Shown here: positions 47,898 through 57,817 of the stretch, piece by piece
Layout: the number at the start of each line of letters is the position of its first letter
Position numbering within the stretch: position 1 is the stretch's first letter
NCBI GenBank assembly: GCA_965203175.1
Contig: OZ241867.1
Coordinates: forward strand, 6,240,001-6,304,000
DNA: 64,000 nt
From: Candidatus Latescibacterota bacterium
GTDB taxonomy: Bacteria; Latescibacterota; UBA2968; UBA8231
Direction: 5' to 3'
Notes under the pieces: model-generated
The model's database searches: none
Seen by the model: only the letters and a program-made list of their open reading frames with translations
What the model was told of the DNA's origin: nothing
Position numbers and translations under genes: made by a program

Positions 47898-48890
47898 ATG
47901 AGCGCTTGGGTAGATTTCGCTTGGCAGGGACTACAGTTGTCCGTGCCGGACGACTGGAATCTCGGTCGGGTTGACGGGGATTTTGAAAAGGGCTATGCCC
48001 GCCTCGACGACGCCGAAATCGTGCGCGCCGAGATCGAATGGCGGCGTCTCAAAGGCCGCGGCGAGGCCCTGCGTCTGACCGAGTTGGTAGATCGCTACTT
48101 AGCCAATCTGCAAAAGAAGGCCCAAAAGGTCGATGCTCCCTTTGAGGTCCAGCGCCGCGCTCGCTTCCTCAAGAACAAGAAATTCCTCGAAGGCCGAGAA
48201 TACGAAGTCTTCATCTGGGAGGCCGACTTCCGCGCGTACAACCTAGCGCTCGCCTTGAAGTCCGGGCGGGTTGTGCTCCTGCGAGTGCTGGCCAAGCCAG
48301 ACGAATTTTTGCCCGAGCAAGCCGAGGCCGTGTTCAGCTCGCTCGTCGATCAAGAAGGCGAGGACGCTCATCTGTGGAGCGTGTACGGCTTGCGGTTTTT
48401 CGCGCCTAGCGACCTCAAGCTACAGAGCCATTCCCTCAAGTCGGGCCATATTGAATTAGAGTTCTCCCTCGGCAAACAAGTTCTAAAGGTGCATCGGTTG
48501 AGCATGGCCCGGATCATGCTCAAAGACGCACACATCCAAGACTGGTATCCGGTTTTTTTTAAAAAGCAATTGCGCGACTTCGTGGTGGACATTGTTCCAG
48601 AAGCCGTGCAGGAACACGAGGGCATTCGCGTCGAGGGGCGGCCGCGCAGCCGCTGGCGTCAGCTTTTGCGTCCCTTGCCCTTTATAAACCCGAGGCCGCG
48701 CCTGTATATGCGGGGGCGCATCTGGCGCGATACCGGGATCGACAAAATCGCCATGGTCGAGCACCTCTACCGCAAGAAAGACGCACAGGACGATCTAGTC
48801 GCCAAGGTAGTAGATGGGCATTTTATCGAAAAACAAGGGACCCAAGCTGAGCCGGGCCGCCATGCTGGCGTCGCGGCCAACGCGCAATGA
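47898..48890 (+). CDS. Hypothetical soluble protein
   Basis: 330 aa, starts 1 nt after the previous stop. Two similar segments, FAWQGLQLSVPDDW and WSVYGLRFFAPSDL. Confidence 0.7.
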   Translation: MSAWVDFAWQGLQLSVPDDWNLGRVDGDFEKGYARLDDAEIVRAEIEWRRLKGRGEALRLTELVDRYLANLQKKAQKVDAPFEVQRRARFLKNKKFLEGREYEVFIWEADFRAYNLALALKSGRVVLLRVLAKPDEFLPEQAEAVFSSLVDQEGEDAHLWSVYGLRFFAPSDLKLQSHSLKSGHIELEFSLGKQVLKVHRLSMARIMLKDAHIQDWYPVFFKKQLRDFVVDIVPEAVQEHEGIRVEGRPRSRWRQLLRPLPFINPRPRLYMRGRIWRDTGIDKIAMVEHLYRKKDAQDDLVAKVVDGHFIEKQGTQAEPGRHAGVAANAQ

Positions 48891-49263
48891 GTCCCTGCGC
48901 TGGGAAAACAACGACAACGACGAGGTCCAGGTCTTCATAACGCGCCAAGAGACCTGGAGGGTGCGGCTGTTGTCGAAGTTTTTCTACATACCCAAGCAGC
49001 GCAAAATCACCCTCGACGAGGTCGGCAGTGAGGTCTGGCGAATGTGCAATGGCCGCAACTCGGTCGGCAGGATGATCGAAGAGCTCAGCGACAAGTACCA
49101 GCTCAATCGCAAAGAGGCCGAGGTCTCCCTGCTCCAGTATTTGAAGACCCTTGGGCAGAAGCGCTTCATCGGCTTTGTGCTAGAGGGCGACGAGAGACCA
49201 CCTGGGCGCGGCGCGGCCAGCGGAAAAAAATGGCAAAAGAAACAAACAGGGGCGAGCAATTAG
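48814..49263 (+). CDS. PqqD family (RRE-like) protein
   Basis: ITLDEVGSEVWRMCNGRNSVGRMIEELSDKYQLNRKEAEVSLLQYLKTL winged-helix signature. Confidence 0.85.
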   Translation: MGILSKNKGPKLSRAAMLASRPTRNESLRWENNDNDEVQVFITRQETWRVRLLSKFFYIPKQRKITLDEVGSEVWRMCNGRNSVGRMIEELSDKYQLNRKEAEVSLLQYLKTLGQKRFIGFVLEGDERPPGRGAASGKKWQKKQTGASN

Positions 49264-49850
49264 CTCGTCCCTGTTTTCGTCTACACCCGCACCACGTCGC
49301 ACACTTCTTCTCCCACTTGCTCAATCCCGCGCTGTTGGCACTCTTGGTCTTCGGCGTCCAAGCGCACGTGCTGGGCGACTGGCTCGCCGGCTCAGTGGCG
49401 ATCGGCACCTTCTCCTTGGTACCTGGGCTGCTTCTCTGGCACTTCGTGCGCTCGGGGTATCTCGACAAAGCCTATACAGACGACCGCAACAAGCGCGCTA
49501 CCCTGCTCTTGCTGGGCGCTCTTTGCTACACCTTAGGGAGTGCAGGTCTCTACGGGATCGGTGCTCCGCCCCTAATGCTGGTCACGGCCGCGTCCGGTGT
49601 CGTCAACACGCTCTTGGTCTGGTGGATCAATCGCTCCTATAAAATCAGCATTCACGCGGCTGGTGTCGGAGGGGCGACCTGTGTATTGTTGATCAGCGTC
49701 GGCAGCGCGGCGTGGCCCTTTTTGCTCAGTTGGCCGGCCGTCGCTTGGGCGCGGCTTTACTTGCGGGCGCACACTCCCATGCAGATCGGCGCGGGCGGCG
49801 CGCTGGGCGCGGGGAGTATGGCCCTGCTGTACAGTGCTTTCATATGGTGA
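49230..49850 (+). CDS. PAP2-like membrane protein
   Basis: KISIHAAG and WARLYLRAHTPMQIGAG (C2/C3 motifs), about 6 TM helices. Confidence 0.75.
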   Translation: MAKETNRGEQLARPCFRLHPHHVAHFFSHLLNPALLALLVFGVQAHVLGDWLAGSVAIGTFSLVPGLLLWHFVRSGYLDKAYTDDRNKRATLLLLGALCYTLGSAGLYGIGAPPLMLVTAASGVVNTLLVWWINRSYKISIHAAGVGGATCVLLISVGSAAWPFLLSWPAVAWARLYLRAHTPMQIGAGGALGAGSMALLYSAFIW

Positions 49851-49859
49851 ACACGGCAC

Positions 49860-52082
49860 ATGAACCAATCGTATAAGGGTTTTATAGATCGCCTGACTTA
49901 CCACAACCCGGAAAACGGCTATACCATTGCGCGCTTAGTCGTCGAGGGGCAGCGCGAGCGGATCGCCATCGTGGGGACGCTTGCCTCCATCCAAGAGGGC
50001 GAGAGCGTCGAAATCGCAGGCGTGTGGACCAATCACCCCAAATACGGCAAACAGTTCAAGGTGGAGCACTATAAGGCCGTTTATCCCTCGACCCTCGAAG
50101 GCATACAAAAGTACCTCGGCTCCGGTCTGATCAAAGGCGTCGGAACGAAATCGGCCAAGCGTATCGTCGATCACTTTGGCGCGGAAACGCTCGACATCAT
50201 CGACGCGGATCCCCAACGGCTAGCTGAAGTACCCAAGCTGGGCAAAAAGAGAGTCGAGCTGATTGCCGCGGCTTGGGACGAGCAGCGGCAAATCAAGGAC
50301 GTGATGGTCTTTTTGCAGTCGCACGGGATTACCACTGGCTATGCGGTGAAAATTTTTAAGACCTACGGCCAAGAGGCCATTCAAAAGGTGCGCAGCGATC
50401 CCTATCGCTTGGAGCGCGATGTGGATGGGATCGGCTTCCGCATCGCCGATCGCATTGCCCAGCGCTTGGGCCTGGGCCGCGACGCCCCCGAGCGCGTACA
50501 GGCTGGCATCCGCTACTTGCTCTCCGAAGCAGCCGACGAGGGCCACGTGTACCTGCCGACCGCTAGAACGATGAAGCTGCCGGCCGTTGGAATGGTGGAG
50601 TTGCCGGCCGTTGGAATGATGGAACGGGCCGTCGAAATTTTGGACATTGACGCCGAGCTGTTGCCGCCGGCATTAGAGGCCCTGCGCGCCAACGACGGCG
50701 TAGTCACCGAAGACCTGCGCTGCTATTTGCCGCCACTCCACCGCGCCGAAGTGGGTGCCGCATCGTCGCTAAAGCGGCTCTTGCGAGCGCCGGCCGAAGA
50801 GTTGGCCGTGCCCGCAGAAGCTGAGGACGGGCTGGAATTGGCTTCGGCGCAAAAACAAGCCGTGGAACTGGTCGCCACCAGCAAGGTACTAGTGCTAACT
50901 GGCGGGCCGGGCACCGGCAAGACCACGGTCACGCGGCGCATCTTGCATCTCTTGGAGAAAGGCGGCCTCAAGGTCGCGCTGTGCTCGCCTACGGGCCGCG
51001 CCGCCAAGCGGCTGAGCGAGGCCAGCGGGCGCGAGGCCAAGACCATTCATCGACTGCTGGGATTTCAGCCGGGCGAGCGGCAATTCAAAAAGGGCTACGA
51101 CGACCGCCTCGAAATCGACGCGCTGATCGTCGATGAGGCTTCCATGATCGACGTGGTGCTGCTCAACGCGCTCCTGCGCGCCCTGCCCGACCACGTTCGG
51201 CTAGTGCTAGTCGGCGACATCGATCAGTTGCCCTCGGTAGGGCCAGGCAACGTGCTCCGCGACATCATCGACTCCGCCGAAGTGCCGGTGGTGCGCCTGA
51301 CGCAGATTTTTCGCCAAGCCCAAAAAAGCCACATCATCCGCAACGCGCACCGCATCAACAGCGGCGAAATGCCCATCGTCGAGAACGACGCGGCCGCGGA
51401 TTTCTACTTCATCCAAGAAGGCGACCCAGAGCGGGTGGTCGAGCTAGTCGAGGAGTTGTGCGCCGCGCGGCTGCCCAGCTATCGGGGGTGGGATCGGCGC
51501 AACGACATCCAAGTGCTTTCGCCCATGTACCGCGGCGAAACCGGTGCGCTCAATCTAAACCAGCGGCTGCAACAGCGCCTCAACCCGCACGGGCAGGCAC
51601 ATAGCCATCGCGGGGCCGAGTTCCGGGTGGGCGACAAGGTCATGCAGGTCAAAAACAACTACGACAAGGGCGTTTTTAACGGCGACATCGGCACGATCGA
51701 GCGGCGCGATGCGGAAAAGCAGGTACTCTACGTGCGCTTTGACTACACCTTGGAATACGATCAGGTCGATCTCGACCAGCTCACCCTCGCCTACGCCATC
51801 AGCATCCACCGCTCTCAGGGGTCGGAATTTCCCGTGGTAGTGCTACCGCTGACGACGCAGCACTACGTGATGCTCCAGCGCAACCTGCTCTACACGGCAA
51901 TTACCCGCGCCAAGCAAATGATCGTCATCATCGGCACCTCCAAGGCCCTCAAGCTGGCCATTGCCAACGACAAGGTCGCCCAGCGCTACACCACGCTCAA
52001 ACAGCGGCTGCGCGGCGAGGTCGGCGAGGTAATGGAAGCGGGACAAGCCATCCCACTAGAATCAACACTGCCGAGCGATTAA
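49860..52082 (+). CDS. recD2: ATP-dependent RecD2-like helicase
   Basis: YLGSGLIKGVG HhH, TGGPGTGKTT, DEASM, GDIDQLPSVG, AYAISIHRSQGSEF. Confidence 0.95.
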   Translation: MNQSYKGFIDRLTYHNPENGYTIARLVVEGQRERIAIVGTLASIQEGESVEIAGVWTNHPKYGKQFKVEHYKAVYPSTLEGIQKYLGSGLIKGVGTKSAKRIVDHFGAETLDIIDADPQRLAEVPKLGKKRVELIAAAWDEQRQIKDVMVFLQSHGITTGYAVKIFKTYGQEAIQKVRSDPYRLERDVDGIGFRIADRIAQRLGLGRDAPERVQAGIRYLLSEAADEGHVYLPTARTMKLPAVGMVELPAVGMMERAVEILDIDAELLPPALEALRANDGVVTEDLRCYLPPLHRAEVGAASSLKRLLRAPAEELAVPAEAEDGLELASAQKQAVELVATSKVLVLTGGPGTGKTTVTRRILHLLEKGGLKVALCSPTGRAAKRLSEASGREAKTIHRLLGFQPGERQFKKGYDDRLEIDALIVDEASMIDVVLLNALLRALPDHVRLVLVGDIDQLPSVGPGNVLRDIIDSAEVPVVRLTQIFRQAQKSHIIRNAHRINSGEMPIVENDAAADFYFIQEGDPERVVELVEELCAARLPSYRGWDRRNDIQVLSPMYRGETGALNLNQRLQQRLNPHGQAHSHRGAEFRVGDKVMQVKNNYDKGVFNGDIGTIERRDAEKQVLYVRFDYTLEYDQVDLDQLTLAYAISIHRSQGSEFPVVVLPLTTQHYVMLQRNLLYTAITRAKQMIVIIGTSKALKLAIANDKVAQRYTTLKQRLRGEVGEVMEAGQAIPLESTLPSD
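50553..50624 (+). repeat. In-frame 24-bp tandem repeat, three copies, within recD2
   Basis: CTGCCGACCGCTAGAACGATGAAG / CTGCCGGCCGTTGGAATGGTGGAG / TTGCCGGCCGTTGGAATGATGGAA. Confidence 0.85.
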
Positions 52083-52085
52083 TTT

Positions 52086-52814
52086 CTACAAGTCATCGCG
52101 CAGCAGCCAGCGCACGGCGTTTTGCTGCAACTTCTCGTAGGCCGGATTCCACAGCGCGGGGATGGTGTGTCCCGGTGATAAATAACATACGCGGCCCGCG
52201 CCGTAATCGTACGCCCAAGCCGCCTCGCACGTGGTGCCCAAGTCCTGCCAAGTGTGCCCGTCGTCGTTGACGCTGACGGCCAAGACATGGGCCGGGTCCT
52301 TGTCGTACTGCATGAAGTGCTGCTCGTCCTCAACGACAAAGTCCTCCACGCCGCGCGTTATGGGATGGTTTGTACGCGTGATGTGCACGCGGTAGGGACG
52401 CACCGGCGGGTGGCCTTGCGTAGCAGCGCCTAGCACGTGGCGGAAGTCGCTGCTGCCCGGAGCGATATACGTGGAATTGTGGTAGAAAAGAGCCGCGCCA
52501 CCTGCCTCCACAAAGCTCCGCACGGCGCGGCCCTGATCCTCGGTAATCCACTGCACGGGATGGGATCCCTCAGCCTGGACGGGCGGCTCGCTAACGGACG
52601 CAGCCTCTATGCCGTAGCCATTGGGCCAGATCATGCCGTCGCGGAAGGTGATCAGTAGTCGGTAGTTCGACAGATGTTGGGCGTTGAGTAGGGTAATCTC
52701 GTCAGTAAAGTCAACGGATAATCCCATGCCTTGGATCAAGGTGCGGCCCAAAGCCGTGCGGATGTAATCAGACGTGTGATAGCGGTCGCCCACTAGGGCA
52801 AAAGCCGTAGCCAT
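52086..52814 (-). CDS. ThuA-like domain protein
   Basis: HPITRGVEDF..DEQH, AWAYDYGAGRVCYLSPGH, NAVRW. Confidence 0.85.
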   Translation of the reverse strand: MATAFALVGDRYHTSDYIRTALGRTLIQGMGLSVDFTDEITLLNAQHLSNYRLLITFRDGMIWPNGYGIEAASVSEPPVQAEGSHPVQWITEDQGRAVRSFVEAGGAALFYHNSTYIAPGSSDFRHVLGAATQGHPPVRPYRVHITRTNHPITRGVEDFVVEDEQHFMQYDKDPAHVLAVSVNDDGHTWQDLGTTCEAAWAYDYGAGRVCYLSPGHTIPALWNPAYEKLQQNAVRWLLRDDL

Positions 52815-52825
52815 GAATCCCCTCC

Positions 52826-54313
52826 TCAGAACCGTTCCAACTCTGGAAACTTTTCCTCGCCGCTGTGCACGTGCATGGCCCCGCCCTCAGCGCACCGCCG
52901 CAAGGTGGGGAACACCTTGCCCGGATTCAATACCTGCTGCGGGTCAAATTCGGCTTTGACTCGTTCTTGGGCGTCCAAATCCGCGTCCTTGAACATGCAC
53001 GGCATCAAATCCCGCTTTTCAATGCCAACCCCGTGCTCCCCGCTCAACACGCCCCCTACTTCGACGCAGAGCTTCAGGATCTCGGCCCCTAGCGACTCGG
53101 CTTTCTCCAGATCGCCCTCGACATTGCTGTCATACAATACGAGTGGGTGCAGGTTGCCATCGCCCGCGTGGAAGACGTTGGCCACCCGCAGGCCATACGC
53201 GGCCGACAGCTCGCCGATTCTCTCTAGCACCTGCGGCAGCGCGCCGCGCGGAATGGTTCCGTCCATGCAGTAGTAGTCGGGACTAATCCGGCCCATCGCT
53301 GGGAAAGCTGCTTTACGGCCAGCCCACAACTTTTGCCGCTCGGCCTCGGTTGTGGCGCGGGAAAGCTCGGTCGCACCCGTCTGCAGCAAGAGCGATTCCA
53401 GCACGCGGCTTTGGCACTCGACCTCGCTTTGCGGCCCGTCCAATTCGACCAGCAAGAGCGCCGCAACCCCGAGCGGATAGCCCGCTCCGACAAACCCCTC
53501 CACCGCTTCCACAGATAGCTGATCCATGATTTCCATACCGGCTGGTACCATGCCCGCAGCGATGATCTCGGCCACCGCCTGTCCGGCCGCGGCGACCGAA
53601 TCGTACACGGCCATCACAGCCTGCGCCACTTCTGGCTTGGGTAAGATCCGCAGCGTGGCCTCCGTGGTAATGGCCAACAACCCTTCCGAACCCGTCAGCA
53701 GCCCGAGCAAATCGTAGCCCGCTTGGTCCATGCCCTTGCCCCCAACCCGCACGACCTCGCCATCGGCCAACACTACCTCCAAGCCAAGCAGATTGTTGGT
53801 CGTCGTGCCGTACTTGAGGCAGTGTACTCCGCCCGAATTTTCGGCGATATTGCCGCCGATTGAGCAGGCGATCTGACTCGAAGGATCGGGCGCGTAGTAG
53901 AAGCCGCTCCGCTCCACCGCTTCGGTTACGGCTCGGTTGGTCACGCCCGGCTGCACTGTCACCGCGCGGTTTTCTAAATCGATGTCGAGTACCGCTCGCA
54001 TCCGCGCCGTGCTCAACACTACTCCATCTTCTCTCGGCAGGGCACCGCCCGAAAGCCCGGTGCCAGCGCCCCAAGGGACGATGGGAATATCGAGTTGGGA
54101 GCACGTCCTGAGTACGGCCGCGACCTGCTCGGTGCTATCCGGTAAGGCGATCAGCATGGGCCGCTGGCGATACGCCGACAGGCCGTCGCATTCATAGGCG
54201 ACTACGTCCTCGCGGCGGTGAATAATCTGATCGGCGCGCAAGTGTTCGAGCAGGAGGCTGATGAGGTCTCCGCGCCGCTTGAAGCGGGTGGGATCGGGTG
54301 TGGGAAGTTGCAT
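52826..54313 (-). CDS. glcD: Glycolate oxidase subunit GlcD (FAD-linked)
   Basis: YECDGLSAY, GAGTGLSGG, PDPSSQIACSIGGN, HAGDGNLHP, GEHGVG, C-terminal FPELERF. Confidence 0.9.
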   Translation of the reverse strand: MQLPTPDPTRFKRRGDLISLLLEHLRADQIIHRREDVVAYECDGLSAYRQRPMLIALPDSTEQVAAVLRTCSQLDIPIVPWGAGTGLSGGALPREDGVVLSTARMRAVLDIDLENRAVTVQPGVTNRAVTEAVERSGFYYAPDPSSQIACSIGGNIAENSGGVHCLKYGTTTNNLLGLEVVLADGEVVRVGGKGMDQAGYDLLGLLTGSEGLLAITTEATLRILPKPEVAQAVMAVYDSVAAAGQAVAEIIAAGMVPAGMEIMDQLSVEAVEGFVGAGYPLGVAALLLVELDGPQSEVECQSRVLESLLLQTGATELSRATTEAERQKLWAGRKAAFPAMGRISPDYYCMDGTIPRGALPQVLERIGELSAAYGLRVANVFHAGDGNLHPLVLYDSNVEGDLEKAESLGAEILKLCVEVGGVLSGEHGVGIEKRDLMPCMFKDADLDAQERVKAEFDPQQVLNPGKVFPTLRRCAEGGAMHVHSGEEKFPELERF

Positions 54314-54316
54314 TAG

Positions 54317-55321
54317 TTAGTAGCCCAAGTCTTTGGCGTAAGCAAAAAGCGCGGGCGTGCCGCCGGTATGGAGAAAGATAAGACTCTGCTCGGGATGCCA
54401 CCAACCGGCGCGCACGTGTGCCAAAAGCCCGGCCATGGCCTTGCTGGTGTAAGACGGATCGAGCAACAGTCCTTCCTGCTGCGCCACCAAGTGCAGAGCT
54501 TCGCAACTTTCTGGAGTAACCACGCCGTAGTCCGGGCCAACAAACGCGGCATAGCTTTCGAAATCCTCCACCTTCAGCGAGAGGTCTATTCCTAGAATCT
54601 CGGCGCATTCCCGCCCCAGCGCGAGATGTCCCTGGGCCGCCTGCTGGTCGTCGCGCGGCGAGGGGCTGATGCCCACTACCCGCATATCGATGCCCAGCGC
54701 CTTGAACGCCACCACCAGCCCCACGTGGGTATGCGCCCCCGAACACAGGTAGATCGCCGCTGGCTCAACGTCTTGTTCCTCGCATTGGGCCAAAAGTTCT
54801 AGCGCCCCATCGACGTACGCTACACTCCGGAAGATGCGCGCGTCCGAGCTAGTGTGGAAGGGGCGATGGCCAGCCGCAGCCAGCGCGGCCATCTTCGCGG
54901 TTACGGCCGGGGCCTGCTCCTCGGGAGCGGGCAGGTCCACCTCTGCGCCAAAGAGGCGAGTCAACAGCAGATTTCCCTGCGTCTGTGCATGGGCATCGTC
55001 GCGACCGACTACTACCGCAGACAGCCCCAATTTTGCGGCCACTGCAGCCGTCTGCCGCGATTGATTCGACTGGGCAGCGGCTGAGTGTACCAGCACGTCA
55101 CAGCCCTGCTCTACGGCTTGGGCGATCTGGTATTCAAACTCGCGGATCTTGTTGCCGCCGAAGGCCAAACCGGTCAAATCGTCGCGCTTGACCCAAATCT
55201 GCGGGCCGGCCAAGTGGGCGCTGAGGCGCTTTAATTCCTCCAGGGGCGTGGGCAAGGACGCTAGCTGCAACCGCGGCAAGGCGGCCAACCGCTCTTTCAG
55301 TTCCTCTCGGCTGATAGTCAT
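54317..55321 (-). CDS. D-cysteine desulfhydrase/ACC deaminase family PLP enzyme
   Basis: PTPL, KRDDLTGLAFGGNKIR, QSN, LLDPSYTSKA, FLHTGG. Confidence 0.88.
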   Translation of the reverse strand: MTISREELKERLAALPRLQLASLPTPLEELKRLSAHLAGPQIWVKRDDLTGLAFGGNKIREFEYQIAQAVEQGCDVLVHSAAAQSNQSRQTAAVAAKLGLSAVVVGRDDAHAQTQGNLLLTRLFGAEVDLPAPEEQAPAVTAKMAALAAAGHRPFHTSSDARIFRSVAYVDGALELLAQCEEQDVEPAAIYLCSGAHTHVGLVVAFKALGIDMRVVGISPSPRDDQQAAQGHLALGRECAEILGIDLSLKVEDFESYAAFVGPDYGVVTPESCEALHLVAQQEGLLLDPSYTSKAMAGLLAHVRAGWWHPEQSLIFLHTGGTPALFAYAKDLGY

Positions 55322-55525
55322 AGTTTTCCTCTTTTTGTTTGCTTTCAATACAATCATTAAACAACCACCGGGCAAACCTATCATTCACTTCGGCCGTGCC
55401 GAATTTGCCCTTTTGCTAAAATCCCTTAACTTTTACGTAGTGAGACCCACACAACTTTCTGCCCTTCCTTGGAGCCTCACTTCTCCCCAATACAAATCGC
55501 TGTTTAACAAATATATAGGGCCGTT

Positions 55526-57817
55526 TTGGATCTAGTCGAACCTATACCCGAACGCCTACTGCCCCACATCCGCGGCGAATTACAACCCGGCGAGCTGCTC
55601 ATAGTCCTGCTCGCCGCCGACATTCGCCCCGACGGGCAGTACGGCGACTCTTGGTTTGCTCTCACCGACGAGCGGATGCTCGTCTTTCACCCCAATGGCG
55701 CAGATAAGCCCGATACTGTGCGCCTCGGCTTGGACGAAGTGCAAGGCATCCAGACCCGCAACTACGTGGGCAGCGGTGCACTCGTCGTCGAGCTAGAGGA
55801 TGAGACCGTCGAGCTGCTGCGCTTTTCGCAGAGTGCGTATTACAAATTCTCCGGCGTGCCCCAAGCCATCGAGGGCGCTGGCTTGGTCGAGGAAGAAGAC
55901 GCAGACGAGGACGGGGCGCTGCATGTCGATCCGGTCAAAGTAGTAGAACACTGCCCCACCTGCGGACTCGCCCTCCGCTCTGGCTCCAAAATCTGCCCCA
56001 ACTGCCTGCGCCAGACCGAGACCTTCTGGCGATTGTTTTCCTACATTAAGCCCTATAAAAGACAAGCACTACTCGGGTTCACGCTGACGATTGTGCTGAC
56101 GGCCATTGGTCTGCTGCCGCCTCAGCTCAACCGCATCCTCATCGACGATGTCATCATCCCGGTTCTCGCCCAATACGAAGCTGCGGGCATCGTCGAGGGC
56201 GAGGCGACCACGCCCCCTGCCGCGAGCGTCCAACTCCTGCTGTGGGTCGTGCTCGGCCTGCTCGGTATCTATATCGGCCGCGGCATCATCAGCGGCGTGC
56301 GAATGTACGCCCTAGGGTGGCTCGGCCAGCACATTGTGTACGATTTACAGAGGCAAATTTTCCAACATTTGCAATTGTTGTCGCTGACTTTTTACAACAA
56401 GCTCAGCACCGGTCGGATCATGACCCGAGTCACCAGCGACACCGAGCGCATGCGCAGCTTTATCACCTCGGGGTTCCAAGACATCGTCATCGACGGGCTG
56501 ACCATCATTGGCATCTGCACAATGCTATTTGTAATGAATTGGGAATTGGCGCTTTTGTCGCTGATCCCCATCCCCTTCATGATCATCGGCACCATCATCT
56601 ACCGCAACCGCATCCACTGGGTTTTCCACCGGATATGGCGCCGCATCGCCGAACTCAACGCCATGCTCGCCGACTCCATCCCCGGCGTCAAGGTCGTCAA
56701 GGCCTTTGCCCAAGAAAGCCGCGAGGTCGAGCGCTTCACCGAGCGCAATATCGATGTGCGCGAATCGCAGATGACCTCGTTCAAGATGCGGTCCTACTAC
56801 ATTCCGACGGTCGCCTTTACCACCTCAGTCGGCTCGATCATCCTGTGGTGGTTTGGCGGCAATCGGGTGCTCAGCAACGCCCTGACCTTGGGCGAGTTGC
56901 AGGCTTTTATCTCGTACATGGTCATGTTCTACGCGCCGGTGCGCTCGCTGTGCACCCTCACCGAGCAGCTAGAGACCGCAGCGACAACCGCCGAGCGCGT
57001 CTTTGAGATCATCGACACCGAGCCCGAAGTCCAAGACGACCCCGACGCCATCGACCCCGGCCCACTTACCGGCGAAGTAGAATTCCGCAACGTCAGCTTC
57101 ACGTACGACGGCTCGGCGAGGATTCTCGACCGCATCCACTTTAAGACCACACCCGGCGAGATGATCGGCATCGTCGGCCCCAGCGGCGCTGGCAAGTCAA
57201 CTCTGGTCAACCTCATTTCGCGGTTCTACGACGCCACCGACGGCCAAGTCCGCATCGATGGCCAGCCCATTACCCGGCTCAAACAGCAGGCACTGCGCAA
57301 CCAAATCGGCGTGGTTTTGCAAGAGCCGCTGCTGTTCCAAGGATCCATCGCCAGCAACATTGCCTATGGCCATCCCGAGGCCACGCGCCAAGAGGTCATC
57401 GAGGCGGCCCGCGCAGCCAACGCCCACAAGTTCATCATGAATTTTCCCGATGGCTACGACACCCAAGTCGGCGAGCGCGGCGGTCGGCTCTCCGGCGGCG
57501 AGCGCCAGCGCATTTCCATTGCCCGCGCCTTGATCGGCAACCCACGTATCCTGATCCTCGACGAGGCCACCGCCTCAGTCGATACCCAGACCGAATACGA
57601 AATCCAAGAGGCGCTCGAGCGATTAGTCGCCGGCCGCACCACCTTTGCCATCGCCCACCGGCTCTCGACCCTCAAAAATGCCGACCGACTGCTGGTGTTG
57701 GAAAGAGGACGCGTCGCTGAAGTCGGCACCCACGAAGAGTTGCTCAATAAGGAGGACGGCGTCTATCGCCGACTGGTCGATATGCAAACCGAAATGGCGA
57801 AAGTGCGGGCGCTATGA
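55526..57817 (+). CDS. ABC exporter (TMD plus NBD) with N-terminal PH-like and zinc-ribbon extension
   Basis: CPTC..CPNC, GPSGAGKST, LSGGERQR, DEATASVD, AHRLST. Confidence 0.9.
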   Translation: MDLVEPIPERLLPHIRGELQPGELLIVLLAADIRPDGQYGDSWFALTDERMLVFHPNGADKPDTVRLGLDEVQGIQTRNYVGSGALVVELEDETVELLRFSQSAYYKFSGVPQAIEGAGLVEEEDADEDGALHVDPVKVVEHCPTCGLALRSGSKICPNCLRQTETFWRLFSYIKPYKRQALLGFTLTIVLTAIGLLPPQLNRILIDDVIIPVLAQYEAAGIVEGEATTPPAASVQLLLWVVLGLLGIYIGRGIISGVRMYALGWLGQHIVYDLQRQIFQHLQLLSLTFYNKLSTGRIMTRVTSDTERMRSFITSGFQDIVIDGLTIIGICTMLFVMNWELALLSLIPIPFMIIGTIIYRNRIHWVFHRIWRRIAELNAMLADSIPGVKVVKAFAQESREVERFTERNIDVRESQMTSFKMRSYYIPTVAFTTSVGSIILWWFGGNRVLSNALTLGELQAFISYMVMFYAPVRSLCTLTEQLETAATTAERVFEIIDTEPEVQDDPDAIDPGPLTGEVEFRNVSFTYDGSARILDRIHFKTTPGEMIGIVGPSGAGKSTLVNLISRFYDATDGQVRIDGQPITRLKQQALRNQIGVVLQEPLLFQGSIASNIAYGHPEATRQEVIEAARAANAHKFIMNFPDGYDTQVGERGGRLSGGERQRISIARALIGNPRILILDEATASVDTQTEYEIQEALERLVAGRTTFAIAHRLSTLKNADRLLVLERGRVAEVGTHEELLNKEDGVYRRLVDMQTEMAKVRAL

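Noticed and set aside
48814-49263. PQQ or classical RiPP biosynthetic cluster
   Set aside because: No pqqA/B/C/E, radical SAM, YcaO or lasso cyclase gene and no evident precursor peptide nearby.
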